Positions 12,101-19,110 of a stretch of 27,508 nt of DNA are shown here, piece after piece (position 1 is the first letter of the stretch; each line of letters starts with the position of its first letter). Made by a program: the position numbers and the translations under genes. The stretch comes from Promethearchaeota archaeon (lineage in GTDB: Archaea > Asgardarchaeota > Lokiarchaeia > Sigyniarchaeales > SOKP01), in NCBI GenBank assembly GCA_016840165.1, contig JAEOSU010000094.1:1-27508 (forward strand), written 5' to 3'. Under the pieces are notes generated by a model. The model saw only the letters and a program-made list of their open reading frames with translations. It made no database searches and had not been told where the DNA came from.

Positions 12101-14398
12101 AAAGTCCCATTTATAATGTAATCCTATACAATCATTATTAATTTTTGAAGTAAATTTAATTCTCTCACCTTCATAAGCAGTAGGCAAGAACGAACTAATA
12201 ACTCCAAAGGGCTCTGGGCTCGATTCATATCCAATATCATGAAGGATTCGAGGATTTAACGTCTCAAAAACTATATCTTTACGTGTATCGATTGAAAGGT
12301 TAGTTGAAGTATACCCACCATCGTCATCAAGTGCATCCCCATTAATTATGTTTTTACTTTCTATACATCCAACTATACTTACTTCCGTTAATCCCATTCT
12401 ATTCTCAAGAATATCATAAAGATCAATTAAAGGAATTATAAGATATTCTAAATTGGTATTCACAGGGAATGAATTATTTGCCAAGTATGTATTTTGGGCT
12501 AATTTCTCTGCGTATACTGATGCATAATGTTGACCATTTTGCTCAAAGAGATTTATATTATAATTCACGTTATCCACAGTAAAAGACTCGTTTTGAAGGA
12601 TAAAATTATTAGAAGTGAATATGACAGTCTTCGACTCGGAATGACCAAGAGAGATCTGTACATCGTCTTGAGAAGGATCAAAAACTTGGGCTTGCAGAGT
12701 TATCGGATGATTTACCCCAAAATTAATCCCATCATAGAACAAAAAGGAGAGATCTTGCTCCCAATAAGCATCGTTGCTCACAACAAATCCTCCGCTCGAT
12801 AAAGAATATGATTGTCTATCTAAAAATATAATATTAAATTGGATTTCATACTCTGTATTGTCTCCAACATCGGAAGTAGTGTTTACTGCCACTTTCCAAT
12901 TCTTATCTGCTACAAGAGGAAATGGAATGGTTGCTGTAGTAATGGTTAAAGATGTATTATCAGAAAATGTAAGTTCATTCCGAAACATAGTGGCATTATC
13001 ACCTAGCAATTGAACCAAAAATGAAGTATTCAAACTCGAGTCAGTGCTATTTCTTATGATACTAAAAGAGATATTCGACATATAATAGGCTTGATAAATA
13101 TTAAGCTCAGGAGCTACATTTTCAACCTGAACGTAGGTAGAGTCAACTGCAAAATTATGATCTAAATCAAGAACCGCTGCCGTTACATTTCCTTCAAAGT
13201 CATCTTCAAAGTAATGGAGATTTAAATTTCCCCCTTGAATATAACTTTGAAGAGTGTGGGGATTAAATTCTTTAGAATTAAAGTTCCAATAATAGAGTAA
13301 ATCAATAATATCATAACTATCATCAGAACCTTTAGCCTGAAATATTACTGGCTCCCCTTCTTTTATGGTATGATTCAAGGAGAAATCTTCTAGCTTAATC
13401 TCAGGTAACGTATTTATAACTTCGATGAGTCGAGAAAATACCGCAATTTCGCCATCATTATCCTTTACAGAAAGAGTAACATTAAATGTTCCGGCATGTG
13501 AGTAAGTATGAGATATCTTCTTTCCATATTCCAAGACTCCATCTCCTAAATCCCAGAGATAACGTAATGACGCTAAATCAGAAGAGGTATCATTACTTTT
13601 TTCGGCATTAAAAGTTATTACTGAGCCAACTTGAAAAGGTTTAATCCCTCCAACAGTAAAATAAGCAGTAGGTTCACGATTCTGGACTTCAACGTTCATA
13701 GATTCTTTGCGTAGTTCCCCTTGAGAACCCATTACCGATACTGACACGGGATATATCCCTTGATTTTTCCATGTGTAATAAGTTACATTATTGGTTGTAG
13801 TTTCTTGAGCATCACCAAAATGATATATATAGGTAAGATCTTCATGAGTCTCTGAAGCATTTACTTCAATTTTAATTTCTTCATCCTCAAAAACCTTAAC
13901 TAAAGGAGCTGCACTTGTTTTCAAGGGTGAAATAGAAGGAGAGCGGCTGGAAGAATGCGAATTAACCGAGAACGTAAAAAGAGGTTCGTTATTTTGAATG
14001 GTAAGGTCGAGAGATTTTGTAAGATATCTTCCATATGCATTCCATACCTGGATAATAGGGGTATATCGCCCTTGTAATGAGTAAATGTGCTCGATTTCTC
14101 CCGACAAAAAGCCATTATTATTTTCAAGTAACTCTGAAACATCTTTAATCTCGCCATCCCCAAAGATTATCAGAACTGTTTCTGGCCCTCCCGAAAGATC
14201 GACTCTAAATATAAGTGTTTTTCCTGATTCATAAGATGCATCTTCAGAATAAATTTCAAAATTATGAATCGCAAATCTTTGGATTTGGGTTACTGGTGTA
14301 CTTACAACGTAAGAAAGAGTAATTGATAATATTATAAGTACAGAATAGATTAATATTTGTCTCCGTTTTTTCGATAATTTTTTGTAATTAATTTTCAT
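3107..14398 (-). CDS. Giant cell-surface protein: N-terminal TM, PKD/Ig-like domains, DxDxDG Ca-binding repeats, five ConA/LamG-like domains, Ig-like domains, multi-TM C-terminus
   Basis: The ORF track gives 3789 aa from TTG 14476; the likelier start is ATG 14398 (MKINYKKLSKKRRQ followed by a TM helix). PKD signatures (WDLGDG, WDFSDG, HTYSHAGTFNVTL). TSP3-like DSDxDGLxD repeats at ~10760-11330. Five repeats of YxxTYSF...GHxxV..L.D...GT(V/I)EFW...WYH....F...D..G.SW. Hydrophobic blocks at ~5215-5500 and ~3110-3810. Confidence 0.9.
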   Translation of the reverse strand: MKINYKKLSKKRRQILIYSVLIILSITLSYVVSTPVTQIQRFAIHNFEIYSEDASYESGKTLIFRVDLSGGPETVLIIFGDGEIKDVSELLENNNGFLSGEIEHIYSLQGRYTPIIQVWNAYGRYLTKSLDLTIQNNEPLFTFSVNSHSSSRSPSISPLKTSAAPLVKVFEDEEIKIEVNASETHEDLTYIYHFGDAQETTTNNVTYYTWKNQGIYPVSVSVMGSQGELRKESMNVEVQNREPTAYFTVGGIKPFQVGSVITFNAEKSNDTSSDLASLRYLWDLGDGVLEYGKKISHTYSHAGTFNVTLSVKDNDGEIAVFSRLIEVINTLPEIKLEDFSLNHTIKEGEPVIFQAKGSDDSYDIIDLLYYWNFNSKEFNPHTLQSYIQGGNLNLHYFEDDFEGNVTAAVLDLDHNFAVDSTYVQVENVAPELNIYQAYYMSNISFSIIRNSTDSSLNTSFLVQLLGDNATMFRNELTFSDNTSLTITTATIPFPLVADKNWKVAVNTTSDVGDNTEYEIQFNIIFLDRQSYSLSSGGFVVSNDAYWEQDLSFLFYDGINFGVNHPITLQAQVFDPSQDDVQISLGHSESKTVIFTSNNFILQNESFTVDNVNYNINLFEQNGQHYASVYAEKLAQNTYLANNSFPVNTNLEYLIIPLIDLYDILENRMGLTEVSIVGCIESKNIINGDALDDDGGYTSTNLSIDTRKDIVFETLNPRILHDIGYESSPEPFGVISSFLPTAYEGERIKFTSKINNDCIGLHYKWDFSDGYTVNAPYAEHAWQMAGVYNISLTIADAYGNFHTDVKNITILSKAPEIVGPFGFQATEGSALLLDVEVYDSERDESLLEYSWFDEKNQLFSHEPKPQVILDNGKYEYTLIVTDSSGTSSSQKITINVHSLAPQVFIGNYMYHGVSSDEYELFSSDGEIKLRAWAMDTQYDMGSLKFIWEIRKGNNKFYMYDSRGNYYSDVIFTCTETGIYQGRVTVVDPEGKKNTASFKINSVIDNTLNGISDNVEDMLELADGTSDADGDGLTDTYEQTISNTSYLDPDTDGDGLWDGYTINSTLGELSVDTDNLDYDTDNDYLSDGNELYGWNITVVYFENSSTFHVSADPLDNNSDSDGLSDYEEFLAGSNPQLSDTDNDQLDDDIDPFPTKWDGDEDTLSDYWEIQYGTDPNNTDSDQDGLKDGEEVYGWGIGFYTNPLDADSDHDFVSDSAEIKNYLIKLADEGFDDLDKKVNLTASSTLHFPHHFTQASAAQISFGISFGEYGTNATGSYGVSDQEVLDLQIIITKKDNGIILANFSTNNTRYFSQVVDVTEIMNNITLGYDYYGDYEIGIIYPDNTTLEGHYPATYSFEDDTVGGLPNGWTSYEGSYCDVSVLESLDGHAKIVRLKDSNAYTTHFALIENSFSSQTNGTVEFWVRRDGYTEEFRVGRMCQDDTLGIELFHKGGSFRVSEDGGAESIVADFDTDRWYHIRYNFECNGDYFYLYIDGQSYGKYYFYDNVTALNKIVFHTRGWGTYNDYYVFVDSVGYSWDPGYYVGDNEEEFVSTYRFYENGVYCGTYSFTDDTVGGLPAEWDSWEGDYCDVEVIESVDGHANVVELFDTAPGPTANARIENSFSPQSNGTIEFWVRRDGYSEIMVMEAREGDLSSGTSAVNILHKGGSFRVTEDGGAESIVADFEADRWYHIRYDFECDGDYYYLYIDGQSYGKYYFYDNVTSISSINFRTRGYGTFYDFWLFVDAIGYSWDELYNIGDNRFNGNPKCYLEYFELDFSRYLDPNDSDSDNDGILDGVEMGVLVNGTDIIEIQDYYAPYLVNGTQENMEIFNVTLNPIGNYSGSFSFENEEDGTSGTNIDFIDSISVDSNCQASILSEFGYHNKVLELSDDNSNGNVEVYNTQFERSNGTIEFYWAQSAEDKFSEVIFYDGSTMAISLKMRENGQFSWYDGSYHDIKVYSSNGWYHHKIVFNCSAGTKGKFDWYINGELEAENINFYQSNCVLLDKLMLSTGQSSANFDVYFDAIGYCWYIINHSYYWEGENLGDTIPDSFEVGLYPLYPGTYSFTGENGEDQDDIDFIDSYNKPSSTTIQVIEEKDGHNEVLELYDNNYIAGVGYIYAVNEFDAQTNGTVEFWYRTTNYHKMGKIEFLSGSTSKFSVGVLHEYFYYVSGYNWVGTPENNKWLHFKIKFDCNTGKFNWYVDDSLIAENISFSSSSIDKIRLGTLSNDGGYYNYYDAFGFSWDPFYEIGDNKYIQFPSLDHPDEYYLEISQTGEVTDAQLDIEISSVGTPNGTGQVFIYLIKDVLNLTKSDICLMIDTVSFNSSAAFSYSKSLDLGAYCNDGTIYGTYQLQIKLYGTKVNNLFNLSTFKIEADTYVPANFEDTVGWVTDPANNDTDGDGWSDYYEIFTSGTSPLSKDSDGDEANDPEDRDPLHDVMLEIHPYTGEYNNLAIGDGHALMQVVVAFSFGENDYYIVTPVTQGTSAPNIYGSYQACYFDEHYYVNIDDDTTRQGNTITMNLQLYSVYRHLGSNDIKGVDEDAQYTIDTSGEYTILFEGDTGRFGFPNYVRVKVKTVYIEKANTLAIFEANSTFNGHYNDWNQHYSVIQLNIPGEGHYLGSESFLDSPIGNCSIDIDFVTSDSSSVESYVKIYEEIDGHSQVLGVSEGDSDHSNFYHQFDAGHAHGSIEWWWYSTKANGGVLNFYLQNGGTDVIRLYIRDGKIKRYYGGNYYDVMSVSSDTWYRMRVDFACDSSGYNGLSIYHYDVYVDGVQKVSDGGFVSNQGQINRIQISTGGDAFTGYFDAFGFSWEPDYTLGDNEDHYDCSGTPFEYGMNVIIIPTSLFTQTHLNGYVEHGTLNETVLYHEEEYMFEFTGPDRDGESEKANADVDFVFIRRGISPEDALAVLELVLNGVINETLDESNNTIYINATIHSYVSTKLNGTEATEMNLPYSVLGYIPWVNNYTNSAMGDEPDPEGAFDFVLWFLCLVNPILRVVLNAQMAMTGGKFFAYLQEFLATIFMNALGFLAQLLWVIARAALLVLAYVLLAIHIFMQILIYITSGIALLVLTSFMGGYTEFSWNFVEFSVYSRVFRMESEVKWYYWDFFDMKFPWVVDKVYNNGTLTFTTELDVLFGNEVFNGVNNSYFEINEPQGPPSLHCSFNHVSGATYEFWTLYDDSGTGDNPPDANYGVRLHLIAPNGTAIEPLSMNVHEDYLPDPDYSKPVNYTYVVDLSTIYELDGLWHYFFTTKDNFSDQIVFKPVGSYLLGPCISTSDLSYVLEYSTIQTSKNEWYTSAGFKNENFTFKTWYYGSEAPSNVSLCLIPANISNGFGGVNKTVGIRKFLMTPSVVYPNYSAMDPVEFNKTLNFSNLGYNDNEIGWFHHYFEVEFSDGSLSYLYGDSYDESNSSIEVDLKGPYVVKDEDKPVLLGVKCYNLLGDYWRISTDYTSFLFEATFMSPDNYDLMEGYPRIIFTDGKGRESQPFYMEDVIYEYELGVYACAATVNLADLGAGKWFWRIEAKDEYGVAAETVTSGDSYIYNLGNPIDMTTCYTLTSSLSGFLPLVFYGAAAVAAWNPDSSASTVLTVLGCASAIISSIIMIKAAVDSENPFMILGTATALLLNSFFLSFSGVFKERTIDWFNLFGDLGDESIMSFARAKFGKGLASPLGSTIKTVLRYTAIMSLLASALSINPQHDMLSFIYDISGVGTLLNMIFTPIQIVVNLLSTIFVRTAFDAVNLIDEPSCKTKVKFVSRNVSGTGLLIGLFAVLMFIEFLEYMG
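9255..10066. repeat. Intragenic tandem duplication of a LamG-like domain (near-identical DNA, offset 639 nt)
   Basis: tcatagaa(g/a)taatacttgccataactctgcccatcgatatataagtaa...gaaaagagcctcctttatg occurs at ~9261-9427 and ~9900-10066. The offset of 639 nt equals 213 codons. Confidence 0.9.
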
Positions 14399-14580
14399 TT
14401 TATTTTTCTCTTTTTTTATAGATTTTTTTAGTAAATTATTTTCGATATTTGCAAGGAAAAATAGAGGACAGAACAATAATGAGACTCTAAAGTGAAATAA
14501 CGCTATCCCAATTACTAGCTGGATTCCTCTGATTTTTCCCTATTCAATATCTTTGCAGTTACAATATATTGTGAATCTCA

Positions 14581-14588
14581 TATATAAA
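14581..14588 (-). promoter_or_regulatory. Probable TATA box (TTTATATA) of the giant surface protein operon
   Basis: tatataaa on + reads TTTATATA on -, immediately adjacent to operator site 1. Confidence 0.55.
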
Positions 14589-14593
14589 CATTT

Positions 14594-14674
14594 AGTTTGG
14601 TATTATACAAACTAAGTGATTATAGTTTGTAGATCTACAAACTGGTTTAACTATAGTTTGTATTTATACAAACT
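14594..14674. promoter_or_regulatory. Three phased palindromic operators AGTTTG-N8-CAAACT
   Basis: 14594-14613 AGTTTGgtattataCAAACT; 14624-14643 AGTTTGtagatctaCAAACT (perfect 20-bp palindrome); 14655-14674 AGTTTGtatttataCAAACT. Starts are spaced 30 and 31 bp apart. Confidence 0.85.
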
Positions 14675-14728
14675 ATCGCAAAAAAGGTGAAATCACCTTT
14701 AAAAAAATATGGAGTATATAATTTTTTC

Positions 14729-14764
14729 TTTAAATATATCCAACAGTTTGGTAGTTGCAAAACT
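14729..14764 (+). promoter_or_regulatory. TATA box of the regulator gene followed by a fourth, degenerate operator
   Basis: TTTAAATA at 14729-14736; AGTTTGgtagttgcAAAACT at 14745-14764 (one mismatch); RBS AGGTGA at 14772-14777. Confidence 0.6.
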
Positions 14765-14782
14765 TATTTACAGGTGAATTTG

Positions 14783-15064
14783 ATGTCAATAAATAGTCAA
14801 TTCGAAAATAAGAATTTTCCCCGATTTTTTACTAATAAACAACAAATTTTGATTTTCCTATGGTCTAAACAAGATATAAGTGTTTATTCTGAAGATATCC
14901 AGAATTTATTAGGGATCCATAAAAGTTATGCGTCGACCTTACTTACAGAATTAGAACACGAAGGGCTCATAATAAGAGAAAGGAATGGTAGGAAAAAAGT
15001 AATTTGTCTAACAGAAAATGGATTTAAAATGGTGGACGATATCTCGCATATCTTCGAAAGGTAA
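14783..15064 (+). CDS. MarR-like winged helix-turn-helix transcriptional regulator
   Basis: FTNKQQILIFL...SEDIQNLLGIHKSYASTLLTELEHEGLIIRERNGRKKVICLTENG is a classic wHTH. Start re-called from GTG 14687 to ATG 14783 because a TATA box and AGGTGA RBS lie directly upstream. Confidence 0.88.
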   Translation: MSINSQFENKNFPRFFTNKQQILIFLWSKQDISVYSEDIQNLLGIHKSYASTLLTELEHEGLIIRERNGRKKVICLTENGFKMVDDISHIFER

Positions 15065-15519
15065 AACTAAATTTGCAATGAAAAATTTAGGATTGAAAAG
15101 GCATAAACATTTAATTGCTTTAAAACGAAAACATTTTTCTGAGGATTAGGAAGCATGTATTCACAATTTCGTAATAATTTGAGGTTTTAAGAATATTTGT
15201 TGAGATATTGATATATTTTTAAAAGAGAAATTTAACCATATCCTTTATAAATACTTTTGCCCTATTATTTGTAGGAGTTTTTTGTATACCTATCCCATGC
15301 TTTTCACTTAAAGCTTAGCTATTCTATATACTACGATTGAATATCTTCCCTTTTCTTTTTACCTTTTTTCCCCATACTTTCTCTTTAATATAATCTATCT
15401 CTTTAGTTGGAAACCTTTTAAAATTATACCAGCAAATCTATGATTATATTTAAAAGCCTTCCGTATTAAGCGATATTTTAAATGAGTAATTTGAGCATCT
15501 TGAGTTCTTAATTAAATTT

Positions 15520-16275
15520 CTAACAGAATATTTGTTTAATTTGGCCTTGCAAAAAATGGAGAAAATTTTCATTAAACATTCCCTCCTTAATTTCTTTTCT
15601 TAGGAGTTCTGAAGTGTACTTATTTCTTAAACCTTGATTGTTCTTAATTTCTGTGAAACACCCTCTAATTGAGTCCAGTTTTTGAGAATCCAAATTTAAA
15701 TCAAATTCTTGGTTCAGCTTATCATCGGAATATACAAGAAAACTTGAAATATTAATCCCAGCACGAGTTAGCTTCTGAAGCAAATTTAAATATGGTAAAT
15801 GAATTGGTTCTAAGGGAATTCCTAGCTTATAACAGGTGGATCTGATTCTTTCTTCGTTCCATTGATCTAATTCCTCTAAGTCAGAGCACCTCTCCTTTCT
15901 AAACCTTTCAATTGTTAAAGGTGGCTTTTTAAACTTATTTAAGATCGAATTTGTAAGGTCTAGCGTTGATTTATAGCTGATCCAATCTTTATTGCTAACA
16001 TCGCCCTCAATTTCTTGATGTCTATATATTTGGGTGTAAAAGTCGTCAAAAGCAAAATCTTCTATTATTCCATATATATAGTCTACTTCTTCGTGAGTTA
16101 AATCCAATTCATAACGATTATTATTTAGAAAAATTTCATTGTTCCATGCTTCTCTAAATTTCGATATAATGCTATCAGCGATATCATCATCCCACGGCTC
16201 CTCAGTATCCGAGGCAAATCCATGACCTTGATCTATCCAATCAAGCTCTTCCCTATTTAATACATATTTAACCAT
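15520..16275 (-). CDS. Hypothetical protein (acidic N-terminus)
   Basis: 251-aa ATG-initiated ORF, co-oriented 50 nt downstream of the nuclease. No recognisable motif. Confidence 0.7.
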   Translation of the reverse strand: MVKYVLNREELDWIDQGHGFASDTEEPWDDDIADSIISKFREAWNNEIFLNNNRYELDLTHEEVDYIYGIIEDFAFDDFYTQIYRHQEIEGDVSNKDWISYKSTLDLTNSILNKFKKPPLTIERFRKERCSDLEELDQWNEERIRSTCYKLGIPLEPIHLPYLNLLQKLTRAGINISSFLVYSDDKLNQEFDLNLDSQKLDSIRGCFTEIKNNQGLRNKYTSELLRKEIKEGMFNENFLHFLQGQIKQIFC

Positions 16276-16325
16276 TTCTTTATTCTCTAATCATTAATTT
16301 GAGAGATTGTGATTTAAATAATATT

Positions 16326-17225
16326 TCATAAATTATAAAAATCAAATATACTTCTATTCTTTTTTTTTGAATCTGCCTTAAAAATTACTTTTAAATGATT
16401 ACAATATTCACAAAACATGCAAATTTTTTCTGAACTGGGAAAATCTATAATAGAAGGCAAATCTTCAATATTTTTACAATTTATTGCTTCAATAATTTTA
16501 GATTTTATCTTGCTTAATTCAGAGTCCTTATATTTCCTTAGTCTTTTAATTTTTTGAAAACCTCTCTGAGGAGAACCGGGTTTCGTATTCCATAATTCTA
16601 AATTTATGTCTTTCGCCTGTTTTTCATTAAAAATTTCTTTATATAATCTTAATTGCCTATTATGTTTAGTAGGACTAGGTTTTCCAGTTTTTAGTTCAAT
16701 AAAGTAAAAATTATAATCTTTTTGATTAAAACATACCAAATCAATTTTTCCGGTCAATAAAACTCCTGGAATAATTTGATATGTAACATTGAATTCATCA
16801 TCAATTACAGAGTTTTCTAAGAAATTATTTCTTACATATATTAGGGATTTAGCGTGCTCAACTAAAATTGGAAGTTGCATATTTATATTATCAATCAATT
16901 CAGCATATTCAGATTTCTCGAGAATGTTTGATTTTAAATAGATTTTCAATAAATATTTCCAATAATCCAAAACGAATCCAAATGCCAATCTTATTGATTC
17001 TTCTAATGATTTATTTAACCTATAGTAGTAAAATTCAATATGCGAGAATATTCTTTTAAAAGTAATTTGAAGGATAGTATGCAGGATCTTACCAATTCTC
17101 ATATAGACGTTTGGATTTTCTTCTTCAGGTATGAATTCTTTCTTTAATCTTGAAATGATATAAATAATTAATTTCCTATCACATGTTGCTTCTGAAATAT
17201 TTGATATGCCTAAAGTAAAATGCAT
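16326..17225 (-). CDS. Cas4/AddB-like PD-(D/E)XK nuclease with predicted Fe-S cluster
   Basis: N-terminal Cys (EATCDRK), motif I MRIGKILH, DDEF, LTGKIDLV, FIELKTGK (ExK), RQLRLY (QxxxY) and C-terminal CMFCEYC. The start overlaps the upstream stop (TAATG at 17223-17227). Confidence 0.9.
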   Translation of the reverse strand: MHFTLGISNISEATCDRKLIIYIISRLKKEFIPEEENPNVYMRIGKILHTILQITFKRIFSHIEFYYYRLNKSLEESIRLAFGFVLDYWKYLLKIYLKSNILEKSEYAELIDNINMQLPILVEHAKSLIYVRNNFLENSVIDDEFNVTYQIIPGVLLTGKIDLVCFNQKDYNFYFIELKTGKPSPTKHNRQLRLYKEIFNEKQAKDINLELWNTKPGSPQRGFQKIKRLRKYKDSELSKIKSKIIEAINCKNIEDLPSIIDFPSSEKICMFCEYCNHLKVIFKADSKKKNRSIFDFYNL

Positions 17226-19102
17226 TAGAATGGATTTTCCTCATCATATTTATAAGGTATCTTATTAAAAAGCCCTTTTTTCTTATATTGTAATAAAAAT
17301 GGTAAATTTACTTTAGAAAAACTCTCTGTTTGATAGAATGTCAAGTAAAAAATAATTTGCAAAATATATTTACTATTTATCTTATTCAATTCGGAACTCA
17401 TTGTCACCAATAGAGGATTAGGAAGACCTTGCTCAGGAATATCCGGATATCCTGTATTTATCAATAGAAAACGATTTAAATCATTGTCAAATAACTGGAT
17501 ATAAGAACCATTCTTAGGGATTTCAAGTTTATTATATTGAGAATTATAAAAAATCCGCGCATTTGGTCTTCTTATTAAAACACAATAAGATTTTCCTTTT
17601 ATTTTTTCAATAAAATCTTCAGAATAGCTACCTTGTTCAAAAATATATAATTCATTATTATAATCAAATCTATATTTTATTTCTAAAATATTAAGGATAT
17701 CGTTGAGGATATCATCCCTTTCTTGATTTTCTGACTTTTTAAAATAGATTTCTTTAAATCTCTTCAAATTATGTTTTATAGTATTAAAAATAATACCAGA
17801 AACCTTAAATATATCAAAATCGGGTTCAAAAATTACACTAAATGAGATTATTCTCTTAAAAATTGGACGTTCATTGAAATACCATATCAAAGTTTTATTA
17901 ATCCTAAAATTGAATGCCAACCAAATTAATAATAGATTCTCATCAAAATCATCAATTATTTCCAATGTAGAAATATTTATAGCCTTAGAAATATCTGCCT
18001 TTCTCTTTATAGTAGCATAAACATATTCAGAACCCTTGTATTTATCATTAATTAATACTAGATAAGGATAATCATTCGAAAAATTGAATTCGTCTATATT
18101 ATTAAGATAATATTTACTTTTTATATTGAAGATACCTGAATCCTCGAGTTTTTTAAGGTAATCCTCCAAAATTTGTTTAGATACTTCAGATAACTTATAT
18201 GTATCAATAATAATTTCTATTTCGATTATTGGTATTAAATTTAAATTATTTCTAAAAAAATCTAATAAATTCATTTTGAATGACTTATTTTTAATCAAAT
18301 CTAAATTCTGATTTATAAAGTTAATATATATTTCATTAGGATAATTTAATGAAGTATTTTTATATGTGGAATTAATTTCAGGCTCATAAATAAAATTGAA
18401 TTCTTCAAGTCTATTGTAAATATATGAACAATATTCGTCAAATCTTTTAAGAAATTTTTCAGAGTCTAAATATACTAAAGAATTCCACATAGGATCATTT
18501 TCTATAAGTCTCCTGTCCTCTAAACTTAGTGGTAAATCTAATAAATTGCCATAAATCTCATAATTGGGCAAAAAACTTACTATAAATTTGTTGTTATTGA
18601 TAAAAACTTCATGATTGACTGATTTATAGATATTAATCTCATTAAATTTTTTTGCGTCTTTAATTGAGATTGTATTAATTAATTCTTTTCTGTAAGATAA
18701 TTTACCCTTAGCAGATTTTCCTAAAAAGGTTCTAATATCTATAGGTTTTTCAAATCCATATTCAATGTATAGATGATCAATCAATGTATAAATAAAAATT
18801 GAGATAGCTTTAGAATCATTGAAATTTTTAAATTTTATTTCTTCAATGACTTCTCCAATATAATTTTTGATAACTATAATCTCCTTTAAAATTGTATCTT
18901 CTTTACTGATAATATAATATTGGCTATTACTCTTGAATAAGCCAAATGGGAAATTACTTTGGTATTCTCCATTTTTGATATAATATTGTAAGGTGGAGAT
19001 TGGGATATCATCTCGATTAAAATCAACTCTAAAAATGCTTAATTTGTTTACATCGATATTTCCACTCCAGCCAGGAATAATTAAATTGGTAATTTGAACC
19101 AT
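17225..19102 (-). CDS. Divergent, catalytically inactive Argonaute-like protein lacking PAZ (N-L1-L2-MID-PIWI)
   Basis: N-terminal ITNL..LSIFRVDF. L1 INIYKSVNHEVFINNNKFIVSFLPNYEIYGNLLDL. MID YATIK...SKAINISTL. PIWI tail LIRRPNARIF, IPKNGSYIQL, FLLINTG, QGLPNPLLV, QIIFYLTF, VNLPFLLQY. The GxD and RDG catalytic motifs are replaced (IISFS, FEQG). Confidence 0.75.
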   Translation of the reverse strand: MVQITNLIIPGWSGNIDVNKLSIFRVDFNRDDIPISTLQYYIKNGEYQSNFPFGLFKSNSQYYIISKEDTILKEIIVIKNYIGEVIEEIKFKNFNDSKAISIFIYTLIDHLYIEYGFEKPIDIRTFLGKSAKGKLSYRKELINTISIKDAKKFNEINIYKSVNHEVFINNNKFIVSFLPNYEIYGNLLDLPLSLEDRRLIENDPMWNSLVYLDSEKFLKRFDEYCSYIYNRLEEFNFIYEPEINSTYKNTSLNYPNEIYINFINQNLDLIKNKSFKMNLLDFFRNNLNLIPIIEIEIIIDTYKLSEVSKQILEDYLKKLEDSGIFNIKSKYYLNNIDEFNFSNDYPYLVLINDKYKGSEYVYATIKRKADISKAINISTLEIIDDFDENLLLIWLAFNFRINKTLIWYFNERPIFKRIISFSVIFEPDFDIFKVSGIIFNTIKHNLKRFKEIYFKKSENQERDDILNDILNILEIKYRFDYNNELYIFEQGSYSEDFIEKIKGKSYCVLIRRPNARIFYNSQYNKLEIPKNGSYIQLFDNDLNRFLLINTGYPDIPEQGLPNPLLVTMSSELNKINSKYILQIIFYLTFYQTESFSKVNLPFLLQYKKKGLFNKIPYKYDEENPF

Positions 19103-19110
19103 CTCGATTT

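Noticed and set aside
3435-14163. Numerous short ORFs overlapping the giant gene (e.g. 3435-3749, 9145-9534, 12527-12802)
   Set aside because: These are antisense or alternative-frame shadows of a well-supported CDS and carry no motifs.
14594-14674. Three regularly spaced palindromes as a mini CRISPR array
   Set aside because: The units are 20 bp with variable centres and only 10-11 bp between them. This fits operators, not repeat-spacer units.
14687-14782. N-terminal 32 aa of the ORF-track regulator
   Set aside because: The segment contains the TATA box, an operator and an RBS, so the true start is probably 14783.
16326-17225. Calling the nuclease CRISPR cas4
   Set aside because: There is no cas1/cas2 or CRISPR array in the window and the gene is coupled to Argonautes. 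It is best described as a Cas4/AddB-like nuclease.
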